Shown: positions 38,248-48,919, counted from the first letter of the whole stretch. The stretch: 61,201 nt of DNA, filler included, from 4 parts of 4 records of this genome joined end to end with filler, not necessarily neighbours in it, one strand, 5' to 3'. Numbers and translations: made by a program. The notes: generated by a model not told the origin, from the letters alone.

Positions 38248-39888
38248 ATGCCAAAATATCTGACAGGGTTCTGTCTGGTATTCCTGTCCATCCTGACGGC
38301 CATACCGCTTTTCGCAGCCACCCCCCAGGTGGCGGCTGAAAATGCATCCTGCCTTCAGTGCCATGACGATCCGGACCTGGAACCCAGAACCCTTCGCGGG
38401 AAAACCCGCGATATCTATGTGCCCGGGCATCGCTTTGAAAAAAGTGTCCATGAAGGCCTGGCCTGCGCCTCATGTCACCAGACCGTCGAAAAGGACGGGG
38501 TGAAGCGGATGAAAACCGGCCAAAAAACAGAAGATATCAAATCCTGCCTGGAATGCCACCGGGATTATTTCCAGAAGGTGGAGACCAACTTTGCCATGAG
38601 TGTGCATGCCAAAAAGCTGGGCAATGCCATGGGCTGCGTCTCATGCCATGATCCCCATCTCATGCAGAAGGAAGACCCGGGTATGCCGACCGCCCGGCGG
38701 ATCCGGTTTGACAACGCCACCTGTATCACCTGTCACTCCGATTATGTGGGGTATAAGAAATTATCCGGCAAAGAGGTCTGGCAGCAGAATCTGGGCCATT
38801 CATTCCTGCCCTTCAAGGAAGAGCACTTTGAAAAGGTGCGCTGCATCGAGTGCCACACACCTGCCCAGGGCGACAACCGCCATACCATCCTGCCCGGGAA
38901 AGAGGCGTTGAAAGACTGTACCGGTTGCCACTCCGACGATTCCCTTCTGGTGGCCCGGACCCTGACCCCCACCTCTCCCGATGGGGCTGCCGGTGAATTC
39001 CTTGGAAAGGGCCTTTTTGATGACGCCGCCATCCGGGCCAGTCTGGCCAAAACCATCCGCCGGACCGCATCCCTAAAGCATACCGCATCGGTTGTGGATG
39101 AGCTGGGCTTTATCAATAAAGGGCGTTTCAAGAACACCTACCTCATCGGCGCCACCCGGAATCTGAAACTGGATGCCTGGGGCTTTAAGGCCCTGCTGGC
39201 TGTCCTGGCCGGAATCGCCATCCATGGGGGGCTGAGATTCCTGGCCTTCCTGAAACGGAAAGGAAACCCCGGGGGAGCGGTTCATTTAGAATATGTTTAC
39301 GATCTCAACGTGCGCATTCTCCACTGGACCAATGCCTTGCTGTTTCTCGTGCTCATGGCCAGCGGATTCAACCTCCACCTGGGAGGAAAGGTGTTTGATT
39401 TTGCCTTCGGTGTGCGGGTTCACCATATTGCCGGCGGGCTGCTGGTGATCAATTACCTCTGTTTTGCGGTCCTGAGCATCGCCCTGGGCAATATCCGGCA
39501 TTATCTCCCCCGGCCTGAAAAACTGGTAACCCGCTGGTGTATCCAGGCCCGGTATTATCTCTGGGGGATTTTCAAGGGCGCACCCCATCCCTATCGGGTG
39601 ACCCGGGAGCAGAAATTCAACCCCCTGCAACAGGCCGCCTATCTGCCGGTGATGTACCTGTTTTTGCCCCTGCTCATCCTTTCAGGGATTTGGATGTTTT
39701 TCCCCGGACTCACGCCGGAATCCATTCTGGGCTTCCCCGGCAGATGGGTGACAGCGACGGTGCATTATCTTCTGGCTGTCGGTTTTACCCTTTTCCTGGC
39801 CGGCCATCTTTATCTGTGTTCCACAGGAGATAGACTCGGGACATTGATCAAAGGCATGTTCACCGGTTATCATACTTCAGATCATTAA
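38248..39888 (+). CDS. Heptaheme cytochrome c fused to a membrane cytochrome b (putative quinol-oxidising module)
   Basis: Signal peptide, seven CxxCH motifs, then a b-type domain with RILHW, VHH, KFNPLQ, VHY and GHLY His ligands. Confidence 0.88.
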   Translation: MPKYLTGFCLVFLSILTAIPLFAATPQVAAENASCLQCHDDPDLEPRTLRGKTRDIYVPGHRFEKSVHEGLACASCHQTVEKDGVKRMKTGQKTEDIKSCLECHRDYFQKVETNFAMSVHAKKLGNAMGCVSCHDPHLMQKEDPGMPTARRIRFDNATCITCHSDYVGYKKLSGKEVWQQNLGHSFLPFKEEHFEKVRCIECHTPAQGDNRHTILPGKEALKDCTGCHSDDSLLVARTLTPTSPDGAAGEFLGKGLFDDAAIRASLAKTIRRTASLKHTASVVDELGFINKGRFKNTYLIGATRNLKLDAWGFKALLAVLAGIAIHGGLRFLAFLKRKGNPGGAVHLEYVYDLNVRILHWTNALLFLVLMASGFNLHLGGKVFDFAFGVRVHHIAGGLLVINYLCFAVLSIALGNIRHYLPRPEKLVTRWCIQARYYLWGIFKGAPHPYRVTREQKFNPLQQAAYLPVMYLFLPLLILSGIWMFFPGLTPESILGFPGRWVTATVHYLLAVGFTLFLAGHLYLCSTGDRLGTLIKGMFTGYHTSDH

Positions 39889-39910
39889 ATTTACATTACT
39901 GCCTGCAATC

Positions 39911-39942
39911 AAAGGCCTTCGGTTTTTCCGGAGGCCTTTGTT
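39911..39942 (+). terminator. Terminator closing the lyase/cytochrome operon
   Basis: AAAGGCCTTCGG / CCGGAGGCCTTT hairpin. Confidence 0.65.
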
Positions 39943-39957
39943 CGCAAAATATCGTGT

Positions 39958-40140
39958 ATGCTGGAGAAGCATCAGGTTCATCATCAGCCTTGACGTCCGG
40001 CCGTTCCCGTCGATGAAGGGATGGATGGTTGCAAGCCGTTCATGGATTTCGGCGCAGAAAACCACCGGATGCAGGGCCGCGCCCTCTTCACTGGCCCAGA
40101 GGATCAGGTCCTCCATGAGTTTGGGAACCTGCCAGGGCTG
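39958..40140 (-). pseudogene. Internal fragment of a Fic-domain gene
   Basis: About 60 aa containing HPFIDGNGRTSR, flanked by non-homologous sequence on both sides. Confidence 0.8.
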
Positions 40141-40579
40141 TGTTTCGATTATAGCCTTTTGAAATTGATTTAGGTGGAAACACATAGCTTCTAAAATACC
40201 AGAAATTCCATGTGTATATCCAGGCCATGGTTCTTTTCCATAAATTCTCCAGTACGACTGCCAATAGAAAATGGAATTACTTTCTCTCCGATAAATTTTG
40301 AGGCACCATATCCATTGATATTCTGGAAAAATGCCTAAACAAAAGGCTCATAGGTCACTTCCGCCGACATGTAAATCGAAAAGTTCTATTCCATTTTCAA
40401 GAGCAAAATTGGTTTCCAGTGTTGATTTGCATCTTTTGCAGGACCTTCTGAAGCGCGAATATGCGTCGTCTGAATTGAACCCGGAGGCGAGGGCAAAAAA
40501 TCTCGATTTGATTGATCTTATGCTATTTCACGGGATTTACGAAGTGGATAGCGATTGTAATCGCCCATGACCGATGGTG

Positions 40580-40619
40580 AAAAAATGGCGCAGGGGAAAA
40601 ATCCCTCTGCGCCATTTTT
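40580..40619. terminator. Terminator downstream of gltX (bidirectional form)
   Basis: AAAAATGGCGCAG / CTGCGCCATTTTT arms. Confidence 0.85.
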
Positions 40620-40651
40620 GTGTTGTGTAAACAACCGGTTTTTTGGCCGGG

Positions 40652-42055
40652 CTACTCTGCTGCCGGAATGAGTTTTACCGCTTCCCGGATGCGGGAGACG
40701 GTCTTTTCCTGGCCGAGGGCCAGGATCATTTCAAAGATTCCCGGGCTGACGGTCTTGCCGGTCAGGGCCACCCGCAGGGGCTGGGCGATCTTACCGAACT
40801 TGAGTTCATGCTTTTCCATCACCTGCTTGAAGATCTCCTCGAGGGCGGGCTCGGTGAAATCCGCCAGGCCTTCGATGAAGTCCGCACTCTCGGTCAGGAG
40901 CGGGAGTGCCTGGGGCTTGAGGAATTTTTTGACGGCCTTTTCGTCAAATTCCAGTGTTTCCTGGAAATAGAAGAGGGATGCCTCGGCCATTTCAACCAGG
41001 GTCTTGCTCCTTGGCTTGAGGGTCTCGACAGCCAGTTGGGCGGCCTCGTTGTTCTCCATGGTGATGCCCTTATTCGCCAGGTAGGGAATCAGGGCCTCGG
41101 CAATTTCCTCGTTTGACTTGGCCTGGATGTGCTTGGCGTTGAGGGCCATGAGCTTGTCCATGTCAAACATGGAGGCGGAGCGTCCGATGTGCTCTATGTC
41201 GAATTTTTCGATGAGCTCTTCCCTGGTGAAAAACTCCTGGTCTCCGTGGGACCAGCCAAGCCGTACCAGGTAGTTGAGCATGGCGTCGGGCAGGATGCCC
41301 AGCTCCCGGTACTCCTCGACGCTGGTGGCGCCGTGGCGTTTGGAAAGCCTGGACTTGTCGTGGCCGAGCACCATGGGAACGTGTCCGAAGACCGGAGGTT
41401 CCGCTCCAAGGGCCTTATAAAGAAGGATCTGCTTCGGGGTGTTCACCAGGTGGTCGTCTCCCCTGAGGATGGTGTTGATCCCCATGGTGAGGTCGTCCAC
41501 CACAACCGCCAGGTTGTAGGTGGGGCTGCCGTCGCTTCTCTGGATGATGAAATCATCGATCTCGCTGTTCTGGAACGGGGTGGGGCCCTTGACCACATCC
41601 TCCACCACCGTGGTTCCGTTGTTCGGCACCTTGAGTCTTACCACCATGTTCTCGCCGGGCTCAAGACTGCGTTCCCGGCATTTACCGTTGTACATGGGGC
41701 GCTTGCCGTTGGCCTTGGCCTCTTCCCGCATGGCGTCCACCTCTTCCGGGGTGCAGCTGCAGTAGTAGGCGTTGCCTGATTCCACAAGCTTCTGAATGTA
41801 TTCACGATAGATGTCGTAGCGCTCGGTCTGGAAAAAGGGGCCTTCGTCCCAGTCGATTTCAAGCCATCTCAAGGAATCGAAGATGGCGTCCACCGACTCT
41901 TTTGTGGAGCGGGCCTCATCCGTGTCTTCGATCCTTAAAACAAATTTGCCGCCGGTTTTCCGTGCCCAGAGCCAGTTGAAAAGGGCTGTTCGTGCCCCTC
42001 CGATATGAAGATAGCCCGTGGGGCTGGGGGGAAAACGTGTTATGACTGTATCCAT
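40652..42055 (-). CDS. gltX: Glutamyl-tRNA synthetase
   Basis: RFPPSPTGYLHIGG (HIGH), LRIEDTD and RLSKRHG (KMSKS-equivalent). Confidence 0.97.
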   Translation of the reverse strand: MDTVITRFPPSPTGYLHIGGARTALFNWLWARKTGGKFVLRIEDTDEARSTKESVDAIFDSLRWLEIDWDEGPFFQTERYDIYREYIQKLVESGNAYYCSCTPEEVDAMREEAKANGKRPMYNGKCRERSLEPGENMVVRLKVPNNGTTVVEDVVKGPTPFQNSEIDDFIIQRSDGSPTYNLAVVVDDLTMGINTILRGDDHLVNTPKQILLYKALGAEPPVFGHVPMVLGHDKSRLSKRHGATSVEEYRELGILPDAMLNYLVRLGWSHGDQEFFTREELIEKFDIEHIGRSASMFDMDKLMALNAKHIQAKSNEEIAEALIPYLANKGITMENNEAAQLAVETLKPRSKTLVEMAEASLFYFQETLEFDEKAVKKFLKPQALPLLTESADFIEGLADFTEPALEEIFKQVMEKHELKFGKIAQPLRVALTGKTVSPGIFEMILALGQEKTVSRIREAVKLIPAAE

Positions 42056-42162
42056 AGTTGCTCCGTAAAATCAATCTGGTTTTTTCATGTAAATCCTGGG
42101 GCATGCAAATATCACAGGCCCCGGATTTGGGCAAGGGATATTGGGTCTCAGTGATTATTTTC

Positions 42163-42192
42163 TTGACAATCTTTGCCGGTTAATTTAGATAT
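42163..42192 (+). promoter_or_regulatory. Putative sigma-70 promoter of the rpmF operon
   Basis: Perfect TTGACA at 42163 with an AT-rich but imperfect -10 (TAGATA) 17 bp downstream. Confidence 0.4.
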
Positions 42193-42262
42193 TAACGTTT
42201 ATTGGTAACTACGAATGTATAGTATATTTTGAAACAAATTAGATGGTTAGGAGGAAATACAA

Positions 42263-42448
42263 ATGGCAGTTCCAAAGCAAAAAAGCTCTAAGAGTCGTGG
42301 TAGAAAGAGACGTACACATCAGAAAGTTGCGGCTCCGACCATCACTGTGTGCCCCGAGTGTCAGGAAGCCAAGCTTCCCCACGCGGCTTGTCCCGAGTGT
42401 GGTGCATATCGCGGAATGAATGTAAAGGCCGATACTGACGAAGAGTAG
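42263..42448 (+). CDS. rpmF: 50S ribosomal protein L32 (zinc-binding form)
   Basis: MAVPKQK..., CPEC...CPECG. Confidence 0.96.
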   Translation: MAVPKQKSSKSRGRKRRTHQKVAAPTITVCPECQEAKLPHAACPECGAYRGMNVKADTDEE

Positions 42449-42492
42449 TATCCGACCTTTCCTAAACCCTTTACGGAGGCGGTTCTCGAACA

Positions 42493-42726
42493 ATGACTGT
42501 TGAGACAAAGGTTAAAAAGATAATTGCGGAGAAACTCCAGGGTGTGGATATTGAGGATGTGGTACCCGAGGCGTCGCTGGTCGACGATCTCGGGGCTGAC
42601 TCCCTGGCCCTGGTTGAGCTTGTAATGTCCATGGAAGAGGCGTTTGACATCGATATTGATGATGACGACGCTGAAAAAATGCTCACTGTCAAGGATGCCA
42701 TTGAGTACATCAGTTCAAAATCTTAG
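42493..42726 (+). CDS. acpP: Acyl carrier protein
   Basis: DDLGADSL phosphopantetheine site. Confidence 0.95.
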   Translation: MTVETKVKKIIAEKLQGVDIEDVVPEASLVDDLGADSLALVELVMSMEEAFDIDIDDDDAEKMLTVKDAIEYISSKS

Positions 42727-42740
42727 CAACGGGCAGGTTC

Positions 42741-43181
42741 ATGGATAGAGAAAATCCAATTATAATCGGAAGCGATCACGCGGCTTTTGGGCTGAAAAAA
42801 AAGATCCTTACCTTTGTTTCAAGCCTTGGTATTGAAGTAAAGGATGCGGGAACATTCAGCGAAGAGTCTGTAAACTATGTAGATTACGGCAAAAAAGTCG
42901 CCCAGGCTGTGTCGGAAAAAGAGTACACCAGGGGAATCCTGCTGTGCGGCACCGGTCTTGGTATGTCAATGGTTGCCAATCGGTTTCCTGAGGTGCGGGC
43001 AGCGCTTTGCAGCGATATTTTTTCGGCGCGCATGAGCCGTCAGCATAATGATTCAAATGTTCTTGTCCTTGGCGCCCGTGTGATCGGTGACGCCCTTGCC
43101 TTTGAGCTGGTGAAAGCCTGGCTTGAAACCCCGTTTGAGGGGGGAAGGCATCTGGACAGAATTTTGAGCATGGAAAGATAG
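42741..43181 (+). CDS. rpiB: Ribose-5-phosphate isomerase B
   Basis: GSDHA, CGTGLGMS, HNDSNVL and FEGGRH motifs. Confidence 0.95.
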   Translation: MDRENPIIIGSDHAAFGLKKKILTFVSSLGIEVKDAGTFSEESVNYVDYGKKVAQAVSEKEYTRGILLCGTGLGMSMVANRFPEVRAALCSDIFSARMSRQHNDSNVLVLGARVIGDALAFELVKAWLETPFEGGRHLDRILSMER

Positions 43182-43202
43182 GAACTGGAAAAGGAGAGAG
43201 GG

Positions 43203-44447
43203 TTGGACATTACACCGATTAGTGAAATCGACTCGGAAATTGCAGAGATCATCAGGCAGGAAGAGCAACGGCAGGAACAGGGGCTCGAACTCATCGCATC
43301 TGAAAACACCGCAAGCCAGGCAGTTATGGCTGCCCAGGGCTCGGTTTTGACAAACAAGTATGCCGAAGGATACCCGTCAAAGCGCTATTACGGCGGATGT
43401 GCCGTGGTTGACCGGGCGGAGACCCTGGCAATTGACAGGGCAAGGGATCTGTTCAAGGCCGAGTATGCAAATGTTCAGCCCCACTCCGGCTCCCAGGCGA
43501 ACATGGCAGCCTATTTTGCCGTGATCAAGCCGGGAGACACCGTGCTTGCCATGGATCTTTCCCATGGCGGGCATCTTACCCATGGGAGTGGCGTCAGCTT
43601 TTCCGGCAGGCTCTTCAACTTTGTCCATTACGGTCTTTCGTCCGAAACAGAAATGATCGACATGGACGAAGTGGCGGATCTTGCCAAAAAACACCGGCCC
43701 AAACTGATCGTGGCCGGCGCAAGCGCCTATCCCAGGATTATCGATTTTAAGGCGTTCTCAGACATTGCAAAGGCAAACGACGCCTTGTTTATGGTGGATA
43801 TGGCCCACATCGCGGGACTCGTGGCCGGAGGGGTTCATCCCTCACCGGTCCCCCATGCCGATATTGTCACCTCCACCACCCACAAGACCCTCAGGGGGCC
43901 CAGGGGTGGTATCATTCTTTCATCCAATGAGATCGGGGCCAAGATTAACAGCCAGATCTTTCCCGGCATCCAGGGCGGGCCCTTGATGCACGTGATTGCG
44001 GCCAAGGCCGTGGCTCTGAAAGAGGCCCTCTCTCCGACTTTCGCCCAGTATCAGCAGCAGGTGGTGGCCAATGCGGCCGTCCTTGCCCAGAGTCTGATGG
44101 AACGGGGATTCGATCTTGTTTCCGGCGGTACCGACAACCACCTCATGCTGATGAATCTCACCAGCAAGGACCTGTCCGGAAAGGATGCCGAGAACCGTCT
44201 TGGGGCGGCAGGCATCACGGTGAACAAGAACGCCGTTCCCAACGATCCCAGGGGGCCCATGGTGACAAGCGGTATCCGGCTTGGAACGCCGCTCCTGACT
44301 TCCAGGGGAATGAAGGAGACGGAGATGAAGCTCGTAGCCAAATATATCTGCGACGTGCTTGAAGATGCTTCAGTCACGGACACCGTGCATGCAGGGGTGA
44401 AAGACCTTTGTAAGGCATTTCCCCTTTACGGGGGAAGCGCGAACTGA
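43203..44447 (+). CDS. glyA: Serine hydroxymethyltransferase
   Basis: [13 protein letters not shown] and [12 protein letters not shown] motifs. Confidence 0.97.
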   Translation: MDITPISEIDSEIAEIIRQEEQRQEQGLELIASENTASQAVMAAQGSVLTNKYAEGYPSKRYYGGCAVVDRAETLAIDRARDLFKAEYANVQPHSGSQANMAAYFAVIKPGDTVLAMDLSHGGHLTHGSGVSFSGRLFNFVHYGLSSETEMIDMDEVADLAKKHRPKLIVAGASAYPRIIDFKAFSDIAKANDALFMVDMAHIAGLVAGGVHPSPVPHADIVTSTTHKTLRGPRGGIILSSNEIGAKINSQIFPGIQGGPLMHVIAAKAVALKEALSPTFAQYQQQVVANAAVLAQSLMERGFDLVSGGTDNHLMLMNLTSKDLSGKDAENRLGAAGITVNKNAVPNDPRGPMVTSGIRLGTPLLTSRGMKETEMKLVAKYICDVLEDASVTDTVHAGVKDLCKAFPLYGGSAN

Positions 44448-44899
44448 TGAGTGATGGTTCAAGGCCGTCATGGCATGAGTATTTTATGGGAATCGCCAGT
44501 CTTGTCGCCACCCGCGCCACCTGCACCCGGCGAAAGGTGGGGGCGATCCTGGTCAAGGAAAGAAGAATCCTCTGTTCCGGCTACAATGGCGCGCCCACGG
44601 GCATTGCCCATTGTGACGTCGCTGGATGCCTGAGGGAGCAGCTCAATGTTCCCTCCGGGGAGAAGCATGAGCTTTGCCGTGGCGTCCATGCCGAGCAGAA
44701 CGCCATCGTCCAGGCGGCATTCCACGGTATTTCCGTCAGGGGTGCGACCCTTTACTGCACCCATCAGCCCTGCTCAATCTGTGCAAAAATGATTATCAAC
44801 GCAGGCATCACCAGGGTGATTTATGGTGACGGGTATAACGATCCCATGTCTGAAACAATGTTCGACCAGGCCGGGATTGAGCTCACGGCGTTAAGATGA
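44447..44899 (+). CDS. dCMP deaminase-family (ComEB-like) protein
   Basis: GYNG, HAEQN and PCSIC zinc motifs. Confidence 0.9.
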   Translation: MSDGSRPSWHEYFMGIASLVATRATCTRRKVGAILVKERRILCSGYNGAPTGIAHCDVAGCLREQLNVPSGEKHELCRGVHAEQNAIVQAAFHGISVRGATLYCTHQPCSICAKMIINAGITRVIYGDGYNDPMSETMFDQAGIELTALR

Positions 44900-44911
44900 T
44901 GAGGTCCTGAT

Positions 44912-45409
44912 ATGAAGTGTCCCTATTGCGGACAATTGAACAACCGGGTGGTGGACTCGCGGCTCAGCCGCAGCGAATTTGCCATCCGCCGGCGCAGGGA
45001 GTGCCTGGACTGCATGCGCAGGTTTACCACCTATGAAAAGGTTGAGGACCTGCCCGTGATGGTCGTGAAGAAAGACGGCCGCCGGGAGGAATTCAACCGT
45101 GACAAGATCCTGAACGGTATTAAAAAAGCCTGTGAAAAGCGTGCCATCAGCATGGATCAGATCGAAGAGATTGTCGATACCATCGAGCGTGATTTCAGGG
45201 AGGTCAACGAGAAGGAGATCTCCTCCAGGATCGTTGGCAACAAGATTATGGAGCGGCTCCACGCCCTGGACGACGTGGCCTATGTGAGGTTCGCTTCCGT
45301 GTACAGGGAGTTCAAGGATGTCGATGATTTCATCGAGGAATTGAAAAGCCTGATCCCCCTCGAAAGGCAGTCAAACCGGAAAAGAGACGGAAACGCTGAC
45401 AATGACTGA
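44912..45409 (+). CDS. nrdR: Transcriptional repressor NrdR
   Basis: CPYC...RRRRECLDC zinc ribbon, ATP cone and VAYVRFASVY. Confidence 0.96.
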   Translation: MKCPYCGQLNNRVVDSRLSRSEFAIRRRRECLDCMRRFTTYEKVEDLPVMVVKKDGRREEFNRDKILNGIKKACEKRAISMDQIEEIVDTIERDFREVNEKEISSRIVGNKIMERLHALDDVAYVRFASVYREFKDVDDFIEELKSLIPLERQSNRKRDGNADND

Positions 45410-46505
45410 TCAAGAGTACATGGATCTTGCCATCTCCCTTGCCGAAAAGGGCAGGGGGTACACCTCGCCCAATCCAATCGTGGGGGCGGTGGTGGTCAAA
45501 GACGGTACCATCGTGGGACAGGGCTGGCACCACGGGCCGGGGCTTCCCCATGCTGAGGTCGAAGCGATCAATGACGCAGGCGACCTTGCAAGGGGCGCTG
45601 ACATCTATGTGACCCTGGAGCCCTGCAACCATACGGGCAGGACGCCTCCCTGCACCCGGAAGATTCTCGACGCCGGGATCAGGCGGGTGTTCGTGGGAAC
45701 GGAAGATCCCAATCCCTTTGTGGCCGGCGGCGGCATCCGTTTCCTGCGGGAACAGGGGGTCGAGGTCCAGGTGGGCATCAGCCGGGCCCGGGCCGAGGTT
45801 CTGATCGAAGATTTTATCTGGTACGTGAAAAACGACAAGCTTCCCTTTGTGGTTTTAAAATGCGCCTCCACCCTGGACGGAAGGCTTGCCACCAGCACCG
45901 GTGATTCCAAATGGATCACCAATGAACATTCCAGGGCGCGTGTCCATGAGTTGCGGCATTGGGTGGATGCCATTTTGGTTGGCGCAGGCACGGTAAAAGC
46001 GGACAATCCTTCCCTGACCACCCGGATAGAGGGTGTTGACACCCGGGATCCCATACGGGTAATCCTGGATGCCCGCCTTTCCATGGACCCCGATGCCAGG
46101 GTGGTCACCCAGGACTCCAATGCCAAAACCATCATCGCCACATCGGAAAGCGCGGATCCGGAACGAAGAACCCTGTTCCGGGAGCGGGGCGTTCAGCTGC
46201 TGATCCTTCCTGAAAAAGACGGGATGATCGATTTCGACAGTCTCATGGTCAAACTCGGTGAGCTCGGGATCATGAGTGTGCTGATCGAGGGCGGCGGACG
46301 GGTGATTCATTCGGCCCTGTCCGCAGGCATTGTCAACAAGGCATATCTTTTCATGGCCCCCAAGCTGCTGGGCGGGGACGACGGCGTTCCCATGTGCAGG
46401 GGCAACGGCCCTGTCCTGATGAAGGATGCCATTCAGCTGAACCGTGTTGCGGTGGAGAGTTACGATGACGATATCCTGGTTACGGGATATCTGAAAAACA
46501 GTTAA
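45402..46505 (+). CDS. ribD: Bifunctional riboflavin deaminase/reductase
   Basis: PNPIVG, HAE, TLEPC, SKWIT and IEGG motifs. Confidence 0.96.
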   Translation: MTDQEYMDLAISLAEKGRGYTSPNPIVGAVVVKDGTIVGQGWHHGPGLPHAEVEAINDAGDLARGADIYVTLEPCNHTGRTPPCTRKILDAGIRRVFVGTEDPNPFVAGGGIRFLREQGVEVQVGISRARAEVLIEDFIWYVKNDKLPFVVLKCASTLDGRLATSTGDSKWITNEHSRARVHELRHWVDAILVGAGTVKADNPSLTTRIEGVDTRDPIRVILDARLSMDPDARVVTQDSNAKTIIATSESADPERRTLFRERGVQLLILPEKDGMIDFDSLMVKLGELGIMSVLIEGGGRVIHSALSAGIVNKAYLFMAPKLLGGDDGVPMCRGNGPVLMKDAIQLNRVAVESYDDDILVTGYLKNS

Positions 46506-46519
46506 TTGGGAGAACTACG

Positions 46520-47188
46520 GTGTTTACAGGAATCATCGAAGGGTCTGGTACCCTCAAGAAAATTGAGCCCATTGGCGAGGGAAAACGGCTCGCCATTTTA
46601 ACGGACATGGACCTGAGCAGCACAAAGATCGGGGATTCCATTGCCGTCAACGGCGCCTGCCTCACCGTTGTGACCCTGAAGGGCAATCTTTTTGAGGTGG
46701 ACATGGCGCCGGAAACGGTGGACCGGACAACATTCAAACACCTTGCTCCCGGTGCCCTGCTCAACCTTGAACGGGCATTGAGGCTTTCCGACCGCCTGGA
46801 CGGCCACCTGGTTTCCGGGCACATCGACGGAACCGGGCGTGTGCTTGCCAAAACAGTCAAGAGTAATGCCGTGATCGTCACCATCGGCCTTCCTTTGAAC
46901 CTTGCCAGGGAAATAATCGAAAAAGGATCGGTTGCAATCGACGGAATCAGTCTTACTATTAACAGGTGCAGCGAAACGGACTTTGATGTGAGCGTCATTC
47001 CCCATACCGCCAAGATCACGACCATCGGGATCAGGAATGTCGGGGATGAGGTCAACATCGAGACCGATATGATAGGGAAGTACGTTAACAGTTTCCTTAC
47101 AAGAAACACGACAGATGCGACTGCCGGGACTGGTAAGAATACAGGGTCGATAAGCATGGAACTTCTGGCGAAAAAAGGATTTTTATAA
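46520..47188 (+). CDS. ribE: Riboflavin synthase alpha chain
   Basis: [18 protein letters not shown] and GHLVSGH motifs. Confidence 0.96.
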   Translation: MFTGIIEGSGTLKKIEPIGEGKRLAILTDMDLSSTKIGDSIAVNGACLTVVTLKGNLFEVDMAPETVDRTTFKHLAPGALLNLERALRLSDRLDGHLVSGHIDGTGRVLAKTVKSNAVIVTIGLPLNLAREIIEKGSVAIDGISLTINRCSETDFDVSVIPHTAKITTIGIRNVGDEVNIETDMIGKYVNSFLTRNTTDATAGTGKNTGSISMELLAKKGFL

Positions 47189-47205
47189 GGAGTGGAATAA
47201 GAACA

Positions 47206-48411
47206 ATGCCGCAGATTACAATAGAACAGGCCATAGAGGATATTAAAGCCGGACGCATGGTCATTCTGGTGGATGACGAGGATCGGGAAAACGAAGGGGA
47301 TCTTACCATGGCCGCAGAGGCCGTCACCCCTGAAGCAATCAATTTCATGGCCAAATACGGCCGGGGGCTCATCTGTCTCTCCATGACCGGGGATATGGCG
47401 GACAACCTGGGGCTTCCCATGATGGTGGAGGACAATACCTCCCAGTTCGAGACCGGGTTCACCGTCTCCATCGAGGCCAAGAAGGGCGTCACCACCGGTA
47501 TTTCAGCTGCCGACAGGGCCACTACCATCCAGACCGCCGTGGCGGACGGGGCATCGGCAAGTGACCTTGCACGGCCGGGTCATATTTTCCCCCTGCGGGC
47601 CCGGGAAGGCGGCGTCATGGCCAGGGTCGGCCAGACCGAGGGATCTGTGGATCTTGCCCGCCTTGCAGGATTGAAACCTGCCGGCGTGATCTGCGAAATC
47701 ATGGACGATGACGGCACCATGGCACGGATGCCCTCCCTGGAGAAGTTCAGCGAAGAGCACAATATCGGCATCTGCACCATCGCAGCCCTGGTTGAGTATC
47801 GCCTCAAGACGGAGTCCTTTGTAAGGAAGGCGGCCGAGACCGTTATCCCCACTGAGTTCGGCGGCGACTTCAGGATGATTGCCTATGAAAACGACCTTGA
47901 CAACCTCACCCACATCGCCATGGTCAAGGGCGAGATCGATTCTGAGAAGGAAATTCTGGTTCGGGTTCACTCCGAATGCATGACCGGTGATATTTTCGGC
48001 TCCATGCGTTGTGATTGCGGCGAGCAGCTCCACAAGGCCATGCATGTGATGGACGAGGAAGGCTGCGGCGTGGTTCTCTATCTCCGCCAGGAAGGCCGGG
48101 GAATCGGGCTTGTGAACAAACTCAAGGCCTATGAGCTCCAGCGCCAGGGGTGCGACACGGTTGAGGCCAACCTGAAGCTCGGGTTCGACGCGGACATGCG
48201 CGACTATGGTGTCGGTGCCCAGATGCTGGTGGATCTCGGGGTGAGAAAAATGAGGCTCATGACCAACAATCCCACCAAGATGATCGGGCTCGAGGGGTAT
48301 GGCCTGAGCATCGTGGAGCAGGTTCCCATCGAGGTTGCCCCCAACGAGTTCAACAAGGGATACCTCAAGTGCAAGCAGCTTAAGATGGGACACATTCTAA
48401 AACAGTGCTGA
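47206..48411 (+). CDS. ribBA: DHBP synthase / GTP cyclohydrolase II
   Basis: [21 protein letters not shown] and QEGRGIG motifs. Confidence 0.97.
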   Translation: MPQITIEQAIEDIKAGRMVILVDDEDRENEGDLTMAAEAVTPEAINFMAKYGRGLICLSMTGDMADNLGLPMMVEDNTSQFETGFTVSIEAKKGVTTGISAADRATTIQTAVADGASASDLARPGHIFPLRAREGGVMARVGQTEGSVDLARLAGLKPAGVICEIMDDDGTMARMPSLEKFSEEHNIGICTIAALVEYRLKTESFVRKAAETVIPTEFGGDFRMIAYENDLDNLTHIAMVKGEIDSEKEILVRVHSECMTGDIFGSMRCDCGEQLHKAMHVMDEEGCGVVLYLRQEGRGIGLVNKLKAYELQRQGCDTVEANLKLGFDADMRDYGVGAQMLVDLGVRKMRLMTNNPTKMIGLEGYGLSIVEQVPIEVAPNEFNKGYLKCKQLKMGHILKQC

Positions 48412-48442
48412 TTTTTTCAGATAACCAGATAAGGAATACAAG

Positions 48443-48919
48443 ATGCCACAGATAATTGAAGCAGGTTTTCGGGCAGATGGAAAGAAATTCGGAATCATTG
48501 CGGCCAGGTTCAATGATTTTATCACAGACAGGCTTGTGGGCGGCGCCATTGACGCCTTGAAACGAAACGGAGCGGCGGATGAGGATATCTCCCTGGTAAA
48601 AGTGCCGGGCGCATTTGAGATTCCCCTTGTTGCAAAAAAAATGGCAGCATCCAACGCCTATGACGCCGTCATCTGCCTGGGTGCCGTTATCCGCGGGGCC
48701 ACAAGCCACTACGACTACGTGTGTGCAGAGGTCTCCAAGGGTATTGCAACCGTAAGCCTGGAGCACGGCCTGCCGGTTATTTTCGGCGTCCTCACAACAG
48801 ACAGCATCGAACAGGCCATTGAGAGAGCCGGTACCAAGGCCGGTAACAAGGGCTTTGACTCCGCCCTTGCCGCCGTTGAGATGGTCAATCTCATGACAAC
48901 CATGGAGAAGACAGAATAG
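48443..48919 (+). CDS. ribH: Lumazine synthase
   Basis: [14 protein letters not shown] and GNKG motifs. Confidence 0.97.
   Translation: MPQIIEAGFRADGKKFGIIAARFNDFITDRLVGGAIDALKRNGAADEDISLVKVPGAFEIPLVAKKMAASNAYDAVICLGAVIRGATSHYDYVCAEVSKGIATVSLEHGLPVIFGVLTTDSIEQAIERAGTKAGNKGFDSALAAVEMVNLMTTMEKTE

Noticed and set aside
40331-40570. 79-aa ORF
   Set aside because: No RBS or recognisable domain. At most the 3' half is a gene remnant.
40571-40651. Expected tRNA-Gln/Glu downstream of gltX
   Set aside because: No cloverleaf or T-loop motif, only a terminator hairpin.
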